64,000 bases of DNA from Lama guanicoe (taxonomy: Eukaryota). The position numbers and the translations under genes were made by a program. Location: NCBI GenBank assembly GCA_013239625.1, contig MU053881.1:1488001-1552000 (forward strand). Direction: 5' to 3'. Below the pieces are notes generated by a model. The model was not told the DNA's origin. It made no database searches and worked only from the letters and a program-made list of their open reading frames with translations. Positions 25,746 to 36,272 of the stretch are shown in pieces; position 1 is the first letter of the stretch; each line of letters begins with the position of its first letter.

Positions 25746-27348
25746 AGGATAACAGCTTAGGAAATAGAATCGGGAAATTTTCTACATTTCCTAAGATGTT
25801 AAAAAGGTTGAATTAAAAACTGTTCCTCAAATGGCTCAAGCAACATGCTTGAAACCCTAGTTGAACCCAGGGCTTGTCAATTTTGGTAACACTTATTTTT
25901 CTTTTAAAAAAGTTTTTAGGGTTGTATATAGTATTCTTCTGCAATAATTCCTGTCCCCTATGCGTCCAACCTCTGCTGTTAAGTATAATGATTTTGCTCT
26001 GCTTATTCCTGAATAGGCTTTCCAAAAATATATATGTTTATTTCCATGCACTTGAAGCTTTCATTTTCTTTTGGATTTATGCTTAAAAAAAAAATAGGAG
26101 TCTTTTTTAAAAAAAAATTCTAAGCTATTTTTATATTTAAATATTTATTAGTTACTTCTAGTTGTATAAGCCCAGTGGTCAGCCTATATATTCTGACTTG
26201 GGAACTATATTGTGACTTAATATATGACCACCTATAAAAATACATTGTGTTAAAATATAGAGAAAATGTCACCACATTTCTGAAAATATCAAGGTGGGTC
26301 TCTTCTTATTAATTTTCCCTGGTTCTCAGTGAGACCTTTGGAGCTTAAGACTCAGTTTCTTTCACGGTTGTCTTCCTCTGTTCTGTCCTTGAAATTTCAA
26401 CTTAGAATCAGTGCAGGTAATATGTTTTTTTCTCCATGTTTTTTATTTTTGAAATGAGAGGCAAAGAAGATGAGACAGTGAGACAGGACTGTTTAGAGGA
26501 CATAAGGAAAACTATTTAACTTCTTTTCTGCTCAATTCCCCATCCGTAAAATGGGGATGGTACAGTACCTAGCTCATGGGAGGATTAAGGGAGGTAAGTG
26601 CACATAGCACTTGGCACGGTCGTGTGTGCTCCGGAGACGATCTCGTGGTTTGTCTCTGAGAAGAGGCCATCGCTTGGCCGGTGCTGCTTCAAAGCAGGAG
26701 CCACGTGGACCAACCTCTCATGAAACTGACGCATCTCCACGTCCTCCCTGATCAAACTGAGTTCAGCTAATGAAGAAGGTGAGAAGGAGACACAGCTGTT
26801 GAGTAGATGTTTGAACATGGTTAACAGCCTTTTCAGAATGCACCTATGTACCTACGATACGAGGATATCACGAGAGACTTTTTCACCGATTAATTCATCG
26901 TCAGTCCAGATGCGAGAGAGAAGGAGCACTCTGCTTCCACTCTGCCCGTGACGTTCACCTCACTGTTGAGAAACAAACCGTGGCAAGTTTGTTATGATTT
27001 GCCCTTAAGGAGCCACAGCACCTCCAGGACTCACCACCGTCTGGCCTCAGGAGCTTCGTGCCTGCTGGGTTTGCTCATTCTGCAGCTCACCCAGCCCTCT
27101 CCGGCTTTACAGCCTCCTTGTTCAGAATTACCTGTGAGCCAAAGAGCAGAGGTGAAGGATGAAGCCCCTGAGTGGGGCTGCTGTTTTCATTGAAATCCAA
27201 TAGGTTAAAAGCTTGCTACTCCCCTGCTCTTGTCCTGGGGCTTGAGTGTTGTGAGCTGGTTTCAGTTGGAAACTTCCTTGGATAAGGTATGAGAAAGCCC
27301 ACGCTATGCCGAAACCTAGCAAAAGGGCTTTTTTAAACAAGAAGTGTG

Positions 27349-27558
27349 ACTGGGATTTCAAAATCGTAGAATAGATAAACAAGATTACACTGTATAGCAC
27401 AGGGAAATATACACAAAATGTTATGATAACTCACAGAGAAAAAAATGTGACAATGAGTGTGTATATGTCCATGAATGACTGAAAAATTGTGCTGAACACT
27501 GGAATTTGACACAACATTGTAAAATGATTATAAATCAATAAAAAATGTTAAAAAAAAA
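27349..27558 (+). mobile_element. Very young 5'-truncated camelid L1
   Basis: 3'UTR with AATAAA and A tail; perfect TSD aagaagtgtg at 27339-27348 and 27559-27568, preceded by tttttt|aaa. Confidence 0.92.
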
Positions 27559-27699
27559 AAGAAGTGTGCACGCAAGGAGACACAATCATTTGTCCAACTG
27601 CTTCAGTCTTTATTGGCCTTTTGCTGTGGCCATCACCGTGCTGAACTTGGTATGGGTTAGAAGATGAATTAGAGGCCACTACTACAGCAGGGGAGTCCT

Positions 27700-27890
27700 G
27701 GATGTGGCGATAGGAGACCCAGGTGTAAGATAAGATAAGCCTCTTAATTTTTCCAGCCTCCAGGTTTCTTGACAGTAAAATGAGGAAGGATAATAATATC
27801 TGCTTCCTAGTGCTGGTGTGAAAACTAAATGAGATGATGCATATGAGCTTGCCTTGAGTGGTACCTGGCACTTAGCGGGCATTCAAAGCA
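27700..27890 (+). mobile_element. MIR SINE
   Basis: gcctccaggtttcttgacagtaaaatgagg...gtggtacctggcacttagcgggcattcaa. Confidence 0.6.
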
Positions 27891-27964
27891 CCTGAGTTGA
27901 ATCTGAGTTATAAAATAAAATGCAAGAGAGACAGAATACATTTAAACAACTTTAACACATGGTA

Positions 27965-28520
27965 GAAATCCTACTCCTGGGTATATATCCAGGGAGAACC
28001 TTAATTCAAAAAGATACATGTACCCCAATGTTCGCAGCAGCACTGTTTACAACAGCCAAGGCATGGAAGCAGCCTAAGTGTCCACTGACAGATGCCTGGA
28101 TAAAGAAGTTGTGGTATATTTCTACAATCCAATACTACTCAGCCACAAAAAAATAAAATAATGCCATTTGCAGCAACATGGATGGACCTGGAGATTGTCG
28201 ATCTAAGTGATGTAAGCCAGAAAGAGAAAGAAAAATACCATATGATATCATTTATATGTGGAATCTAAACAAACAAACAAACAAACAAAAAACAGATGAA
28301 CTTATTTACAAAACAGAGACAGACTCACAGACATAGAAAACAAACTTATGGTTACCAAGGGGGAAGGGGGGAAGGGATAACTTGGGAGTTCGAGATCTGC
28401 AGACACTAACTACTGTATATAAGATAGATAAACAACAAGTTTATACTGTATAGCACAGAGAACTATATTCAATATCTTGTAGTAACTTATGGTGAAAAGA
28501 ATATGGAAACAAATTTTTTA
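27965..28520 (+). mobile_element. Camelid-type L1 (ORF2 C-terminus and partial 3'UTR)
   Basis: ORF 27959..28156 LLGIYP...DTCTPMFAAALFTTAKAWKQPKCP is the ORF2 C-terminal domain. Confidence 0.92.
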
Positions 28521-28589
28521 AAAAAGTAATAGATGCTGTGCTTAAAAGTTTCTGGCCTTGTAAGCCTGATTCAATGTGCTAAAGTCAGT

Positions 28590-30215
28590 TGTTGAAATCC
28601 ACCATATTAACAGCTGAATAAGAAAAACCACATGATTGCATCAATAGAAGCAGAAACAGCATTTGACAAAATTCAACATTCATTCACAATAAAAACTCTT
28701 AGCAAACTGGAAGGGAAGTAGAAAGGGACTCCCAGAAGTAGAAGGGACTGCCTTTAACTTGACACCAGAGGTAAATCTCAAAAGGTATTATTCCATTTGC
28801 ATGACATCCTGGAAAAGGCAAAACTGTAGTGGTGGATCAGTGGTCTCCAGGGCTAGGGGTCGGGTTTGGAACTACTGATAAAGAGCATCTGTAGAAATCT
28901 GCAGCTGGTATCATACCTCGTGGTGGAAGGCTGAATGCCTTCCCCAGTGAGCAGAGAGAGCATCCCCACTCAGCATTGTACTGGAAGTCCTAGCAAGTGC
29001 AGTAAAGGAAGAAAGAGAAATTTAAGACACTCAAGTTGGAAAAGAAGAAATAAAGCTATCCATACTCGCAGATGACATGACTGCCTACATAGAAAATCCA
29101 AAGGAACCATCAAAAAGGAAAAACAATAAAACAAAGGAACTAATAAATGAATTGTATCATGAGGTACAAGGTCAACATAATTGTATATACTAACAACAAG
29201 CAATTGGAAACTAAAATGTAACAGGCACCCTCATTTATAGTACTCCCCCTAAATGAGCTCGTTAGGCATAAGTATAACAATGTGCTGGAAACTACAAAAT
29301 GTTGATGAAATAAACCAAAGAAGGACTAAATAAATGGGGAGACCTAACCTGATTTGTGAATTGGAAAATTCAATATAATTAAGATGTCAGTTCTCCCCAA
29401 ATTGATCTATAGATTTCATGTAATCACAATCAAAATCCAAGCAGGGTTCTTTATAGATCTCAATAAGTTTATTCTAAAATGTGTATGGAAAGGCAAAGAC
29501 ACTAGAATAGTGAAAACAGTTTTGAAAAAGAAGAACAAAGCTGAAGGATTCACACTGTGCTAATCAAGACAAGGTAACATTTGCAAAAGAATAGTCACAC
29601 TGGGCAGTGGAACAGCAGAGAGCCCAGAGATGGAACCCTGCAAACAGAGTCAGCTAATTTTTGACAAAGGGGCAAAGGGAATTCACTGAAGAATGGACAG
29701 TGGTTTCAACAATGGTGCTGGAACAGTTGGCCATCCAAATGCAGAAAAAAACCACTTCAACGTAAACCTCATACGATATCCAAATAGTAAATCAAAATAG
29801 ACCAGGGATACAAATGTAAAACCTAAAACTTTAAAACTCTTAGAGGAAACCACAGGAGAAAATCCTCATGGTCTTGGGTTAGACAAAGAGCTCTTAGAGA
29901 TGACGAACAAAAGCTCAATCCATTTTTTAAAAAAATTGATAAGCTGGACATAAACCAAAATGGAAAACTTCTGTTCTGCAGGGGACACCCTTAAAAAGGG
30001 TGAGAAGACGGCCTGCCCACTGGGAGAAAAATCTCCGCAAGTCACATACTGAACAAAGGACTTGTATCCAGACTATTCAAAGAATTCTCACAATTCAGCA
30101 ATAAGAAAAGAAAGAACTCGGTAGGGAGCGAGGTGGGGGGTGTATAGCTCAGCGGTAGAGCACATGCCTAGCAAGCACGAGGTCCTGGGTTCAATCCCCA
30201 GTCCCTCCAGTAAAA

Positions 30216-30258
<43 letters not shown>

Positions 30259-31190
30259 AACCTAATTACCTCCCCTTCCCCCACCAAAAAAAAAAAAAGT
30301 ATACACTGCTATATGTCAACAATAAAACTGGAAGGGAAAACATCTAAAAGAAAAGAAAGCAAAGAACCCAATTAAAAATAGGCACAAGTCACTTCATCAA
30401 AGAAGATACATGGATGGCAAATAAACATGTAAAAGATTCTTGACATCATAAGTCATTAGGAAAATGCAAATTAAAAGCCACACAAGGTGCCACTACACAC
30501 CTATTAGAGTGGCTAGAAAAATACCAACAGTGTGTGGATGAGGATGTGGAGCATCTGGAACTCACATGCTTTGCTGGTGAGAATGCAAAATGGTCCAGCC
30601 ATTCTGGAAACTGGCATTTTTTTTGAGGAAGGTAAACATATATTCCTGGCAAAATGACTCGGCAATCTGACTCTTGGGTGTTTATCAAAGAGAAATAAAA
30701 ACGCATGTTCACACAAAAACCCTGTACATGAATATGCATAGTAGCATTACTTACAATCACCAAAAACTGGAAAAAATCCAAATGTCCCTCAATGGGTGAA
30801 AGGATTAAAAAAAAAAAAAACTCTGCTGTAATCCATGTAATGGAATATTACTCAGCAATGAAAAATAAACAACCTGTTAATACATGCAATAACTTGGATG
30901 TGTCTTAAATATACTATATACTAAGTGAAGGAAACCAGGTTCAAAAGGTTATGGCCTGTATGATTCCATCTATATCATATTTTGGAAAAGGCAAAACTAT
31001 AGTGATAGGAAATAGATCAGTGATCACTGGAAGTTAGGGGTAGGGGATGGTCTGACTACAAAGGAATTGCATGAAGGAATTTGGGGGTTTTGGTGGGGAC
31101 TGTCCTTTATTTGGTGAGTGGTGGCAATTACAAGAACCTATGCATGTCATAAAAGTTCATAGAATTGTAAGTTCAAATAAATTTTCTTAA
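28590..31190 (+). mobile_element. Ancient L1M (ORF2 and 3'UTR) with nested inserts
   Basis: gcatttgacaaaattcaaca, gcagatgacatgactgcctacatagaaaatcc (ADDM motif), tggtgctggaacagttgg, 3'UTR ggaaaaggcaaaactatag. Confidence 0.88.
30135..30298 (+). mobile_element. Vic-1-like SINE with (TAAA)11 expansion
   Basis: tatagctcagcggtagagcac...ggttcaatcccc, (taaa)n at 30216-30259, cctaattacc, A13 tail. Confidence 0.92.
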
Positions 31191-31199
31191 TTTTAACCA

Positions 31200-31335
31200 T
31201 TTTTTAATTGAATTATAGTTTACAGTTCTGTTAGTTTCGGGCATACAGCAAAATGATTCAGTTATATTATGTGTGTATATATGTGTGTGTGTGTGTGTAT
31301 TTGTTTTCAGATTCTTTTCCATTATAGGTTGAACA
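31200..31335 (-). mobile_element. Short L1 3' end containing a TG repeat
   Basis: aattgaattatagtttacag...catacagcaaaatgattcagtt...tttcagattcttttccattatagg. Confidence 0.75.
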
Positions 31336-33022
31336 GACTATAGTTCAAAAAACATTTTTATTGTGTTTAAATTTTTAAAACTCTGGCCAGAATCTGAAAA
31401 AAAGAGAGGGCAAGTGGCCACAGGTATTTGGCCCCTGCGTGTCTGGTGTTGAATCACCTTCCAAAGCAGAGGTTTGGCGCTGGGTTGGTAGCGTGCTCTC
31501 AAGTTGCAGCTCCCTTTAAATGTGGGGTTCGTTTGCTGCCTCAAACCAGAATGGCACATGGTAAATGTTTTCACATGGGCACCGCGTCTGTGCCTCTAAT
31601 GGGTTTCAGGGAAACACCGTAGGTGGGTTGGGGTATGGACGGGCGGACCAGGACTGCAGGCCACACAGGCCTGAGTGAGTGCAGTGGCCCAGATGAGACT
31701 CCAGTGGGACCACACAGAGGCACAAGCTGCTTCAAATCTTTCAGGGCCCTGAAATTCCTGGCAGCTAAAAGGAAACAGAGAGGCAGCCTGGGGTGCTGGA
31801 AACATCACTGGCCTGGAGACAGGGGAAGGTTTGGTGCGATGGGAGGAGGCCACTTTACGGTGGGTCTGGGATGCAGAAGAGACCAGGGGTTCTCTAGGGA
31901 TGAGAGGGTACAGGGAGGGGTGGCAAAGGGGGTGCAGGACGTCTGGCCTGGGCTCCTTGTGCCAAACAACAGCCAGAGCAATTCCACTCTGATTCTTTAA
32001 AGACGAGGCTTCTGCACGATGCCTTCTATGTAAAGAGTCACTTCTGGAACTTTAAACAAGGTTTAATGACCACGGTGATGATCTGTAAGATTCCTTAGGT
32101 GTCCTGTGATGCCCTGGGTCAGCGAGGAGCGACCTGATGCCACCGCAGCTGTGGACCCTGCCCCCAGCGTTCAAGGAGGGGGACGCACAGGCCGATGAAT
32201 TTTGGATTCGTAAAGGCTTCATTCTGGAAAATGACTTTTTTGACACGCTTAGGAGTAGAAAGTGTCTCAAAAGAAGCTCCAAATACTTTAAATGTGGTAA
32301 CATTTTAAGTCGTGTGGAGGGGAGGGTGATCTTTAATACACGTTCCTATCTGAATTTGCAAACCTGTCCGTACAAACAACTCAAAGGCAGTTTTCCTCGT
32401 GGAATTACGAGCACATGGGACCTTGCGTTGCACTTTTGGGCTTTCAGATACCCTTTCCCTTCTGTTTTTGGCTACGTGCAGCCCCCACCCCGGGCTTTCA
32501 TAAGACGAGGACAGACCGAGTTCAGACTCTTTTCTCATAATTTGGGGGATTTGGGCCAAGGAGACGCGGAGAAAGCAAGGGCCAAGCAGGGTCTACCAGT
32601 GAGGCTGCAGGACGTGGCCCCCGTTGGGTGTCCCAGAAGGCCAGGTCGGTGGGTGGGGGCTCAGCGTCAAAGTCAAGGCCTTGGCCAAACAGAATGGGAT
32701 TCAGGGTGAGAAACTGAGGCCCAGGCTGATCAGTGGGCCCTCTGCCCAGTCATGCTCAGGCTACAAAGTACAGAGTTTCTTTTGTGACGCCCAAATCCTT
32801 CTGTTACGGGTGATTCGGGGCCCCTGTCAGACATCGGATGGGCTTCCTTCGATCCTGGCATCACATTGGGGTGAGCGGGGTCCCGTGATCTGGGCATACG
32901 GTGCCGAGAGTTAAACCTAAAGACAAGCAGGCAGGTTTGTGGTGGAGCCGAGCCCTGAATCTGCCAGCCCAACTCATCAGGTAGAGGTCCCTTGGCTGTT
33001 TTTTTGGTTTGTTCCAAAAGCA

Positions 33023-33677
33023 TTTTTTTAAATTGAAGTATATAGTTGATTCAGCAATGTTGCGTTAGTTTCTGGTATACAGCGTAGTGTTTCAGTTATA
33101 CATATATGTGTGTCTTTTTCATATTCTTTTTTTTTTTGAGCAACAGAAGTTCTTGAGCAGTTCATTTTTCTTATTGTAAATTCACAATTTATTTCCACGA
33201 GATTTACTAAGAGTTATAAATAATTTACTGTTGACAATGATCAGCATCTGTTGTTTCTGTGGTGAATGATCCCTTTTTGTCCTTGGTCTGTTTTTCTTTT
33301 TTTCAATTAAAAAAGTTTTTTTAGTTTAAGTATAGCCAGTTTCTGGTGTACGGCATAGTGTTTCAGTCAACCATATACAGATATATATTCTGTTTCATAT
33401 GCTTTTTCATTATAGGCCATTACAAGCTATTAAATATAGTTCCCCGTGCTAGACAGTAGGACCTTGTTGTTCATCTGTTTCATTATAGTAGTTTGTATCT
33501 GCAAATCCCAAACTCCCAATTTACCCACCAACCCCTCTCCGCGCTGGTAACCGTAAGTTTGTTTTCTAGGTCTGTGGGTCTGTTTCTGTTTCGTAGATAA
33601 GTTCATTTGTGTCATTTTTTTTAGATTCCAAATCTAAGTGCTATCAGATGTTTGACTTTCTCTGCCTGACTTACTTG
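33023..33677 (-). mobile_element. Compound insertion: two L1 3' ends separated by about 180 bp of other DNA
   Basis: The L1 terminal motif gtttctggt(a/g)tac(a/g)gc(g/a)tagtgtttcagt occurs twice (near 33068 and 33339); ORF 33430..33615 translates typical L1 3'UTR. Confidence 0.8.
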
Positions 33678-33794
33678 AACCGCTGTTTCTCTAAACATCT
33701 GGAGTTAAATGCGATCTTCTGTGGCCCCCCCCAGTTAAGACCGGAGATGGCTCTTTTAAACTCTCCCCACCCCAGGTTTCTGTCTCTGCGAGCC

Positions 33795-33960
33795 GGGGTC
33801 GGGGCCAGGCTTGGTGGGTGAGGCCCTGTGGTCCCTCACTTGGGGGGCTCCCTCCTTGGTTTAACGCTCTGCTGTTGCCATCTTAAATTCTTCATTGTTT
33901 GTCAATGAGGGGCCCACACTTTCCTCTTGCACCAGACCCCACAAATTATGTAGCCGTTGC
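33795..33960 (+). mobile_element. MER91A-like hAT-Tip100 MITE
   Basis: cttggtttaacgctctgctgttgccatcttaaattctt...ttgcaccagaccccacaaattatgtagcc. Confidence 0.8.
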
Positions 33961-34364
33961 TGTCTGGAGTTTTCAGCCTGAATTATTGCTATTACCTTGT
34001 TATTTTTACGTTGTAGATCTTAACTCTCAAAAATGTATTTGGCGCTATAGTCAGTCTTATAACTCAGATTTACAGCAGGTATTTGAACTTGCTGGGGTTT
34101 GCTGCCAGTCAGACTGTAGAACATGGGTTGTAAGCCAACAAACAACTATTTAAAAGCTACATGTGGGTTATGGGAGAGGAAAAAATATGACTCAAAAGGA
34201 TGTATAATCGAGTGCTGCGGGGAGCTTCACATTTGCTCAAAACCACTCTCACTGAGCGGACACCGTACTGGATGACTTCTGGCTTCCGAGCCCTGTGCTG
34301 ACCACAGGAATACAAAGAACAGAGCACAGCCCCTGCCCCCAGGAAACTCCTTGTCTAATTAAGC

Positions 34365-34600
34365 CTTTTTCCGGCTTTTAAAACCTCACCCCAGAGTATG
34401 AAAAAAATAGCTCAGTGCTCGTACGAGTACACATGCATTAAAGGTGAGGCAGTACTTTCATGGGCCAGTGTGTTTACAAAGCACAGGGCACTCTCTTTTC
34501 TACTCTATTTTATTTCATTTTTTAAAACGCTGGTTGTAGCACACAAAGTTGATTTCACAACCCGTTAGCTTCCAACCCATTAGCTGATTTCAAAACTCCT
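34365..34600. mobile_element. hAT-Charlie remnant (Charlie4-like)
   Basis: tttaaaacgctggttgtagcacacaaagttgatttcacaacccg resembles a Charlie terminal region. Confidence 0.45.
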
Positions 34601-34934
34601 AAGTTTTACAAGCACGGCTGTAATGGGAGAGACCGGTGTCCAAGCAAATGATGATATTTTGATAAGCGTGATGGTGGGTGCTGGGTAGGGGGTGTGGATT
34701 TCCCAGGTGCGTGTTATTTGCTCGGAGCCCTGGAAGACGAGGGGTTTGCCAGGCTGAGGAGCTGGCTGCGGAAACGAGGAATTCCAGACACAGGGGCCAT
34801 GTCTGCGACTGAGGAAAGGTGCGAGCTTGGGCACCAGGGGAGACGGTCCTGGAAAAGCAGATCGGCGACGGTGGAGGGCTTTGCATACCAGGCAAAGAGC
34901 TTGCTCCCTAGCCTATGTGAGCCACTGGAAGTTT

Positions 34935-35535
34935 TTGTTTTTTTTAAAAACAGTTTTATTTGGAGTATCATTTATACACTGTAAAATTCACCCATTGTAA
35001 GTATAGAGTTCCATGATTTTTAGTTCCACGATCCAGCTTTAGGGCTTTTCCATCACTCCAGAAACTTCCCTTCTACCCATTTCCAGTCAACCCCCAATCC
35101 TACCCCCAACCCCAGGCAAGCACTGATCTGCTTTCTGTCTCTGAAGATCTGTCTTTTCTAGAAATCTCGTACAAATGAAATCATACACTACATCATCTCT
35201 TGCGTCTGGCTTCTGTCCCACGGCCTCATGGTTCTAAGGTCCATCCATGTTGCCGTGTGTAGCAGCGCTCCATTGACTGGAGAGACTGCAGCCTGCCCAC
35301 CGGCCAGTTGATGGATGTTTGGACTGCTTCCAGTTTGGCTAGGTGGATATCGCTGCTGCGAGCTCTTGTGTCCGAGTCTTTGTGTGGACGTGTGTTTTCA
35401 TCTCTCCTGGGAGGTCTTAGGAGTGGAATCACCGCGTTGTACAGTAAACAGATGTTTACCTCGATGAGAAATTGCCACACACAGTTTCACATTCCCACCA
35501 GCAGCACATGACGGTTCCAGGGTCTTCCACGTCTG
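34935..35535 (-). mobile_element. Ancient L1M 3' end
   Basis: aaaattcacccattgtaagtatagag...ccccaggcaagcactgatctgctttctgtctct...acattcccaccagca. Confidence 0.85.
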
Positions 35536-35909
35536 CTGGAGGATTGTATCAGATGAGAGATGGGATGAGGTTCCTCTAGCTGCAGGGTGGGGGCTGACTA
35601 GGAGGGAGAGGAATGGGAGCGAGGCAGAGGCAGGAGGGTCAAGGACTCAAACTGCGGCGGGCGGTTGGAGACAAGAGATGCCTCTGGCAAGGCTGGGAGT
35701 CAAGGAGAGGGTGTCACAGAACACTCCTGAAACTGGCTCCGTGTCACACAATTAATAAGTAGCAGAGAGAGATGGAGGTGACCTGAAAGCGAGACTGGCG
35801 TCTGGTCTGAAACAGTGGTGCGGGAGCCCCTGGCCCGTCTCAGGTTCCCATCGAGCCTGGCCAGCCCAGCTGTCACATCCCTTAGGATTGTTCCCAGACC
35901 CTCCAAGGG

Positions 35910-36272
35910 AAGTGGTTTCCAGCCCTGGCTGCCCATTTGAATCACCTGGGAAACTTTAAGACCTGCCGGCTGGTCCTGGTGTGACTGACCTGGGGCGCAG
36001 CCTGGACGTGGAGAGGTTTAAGGCTCCCAGGTGAGTGCAGAGTGCACCTGGGCAGAGACCACGCTCCAAGGCAGGTTCGCAGACTCCTGGAAACTGCAGA
36101 CTGGAGACTGGAAACCCCTGGGGCTGGGGGTGGGGGTGGGGGCTGTTGACAAGCTGCAGATGCCTGGGTCTTACCCAGTGCTTTTCGTATACTTGGCAAA
36201 GGGTAAGGCCCTCCAGAACTTTTTAAACCTCCCCAGGTGATCATATTGTGCAGCCAAGTTTGAGAATCACTG
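35910..36272. mobile_element. Two adjacent MER5-like hAT MITEs
   Basis: agtggtttccagccctggctgc...gaatcacctggg...ctcccaggtga, and a second copy ending ctccccaggtgatc...gtttgagaatcactg. Confidence 0.65.

Noticed and set aside
32137..32709. 190-aa ATG ORF
   Set aside because: No recognisable family, and no poly-A tail or TSD to suggest a retrogene; BLASTP and PhyloCSF would be needed to rescue it.
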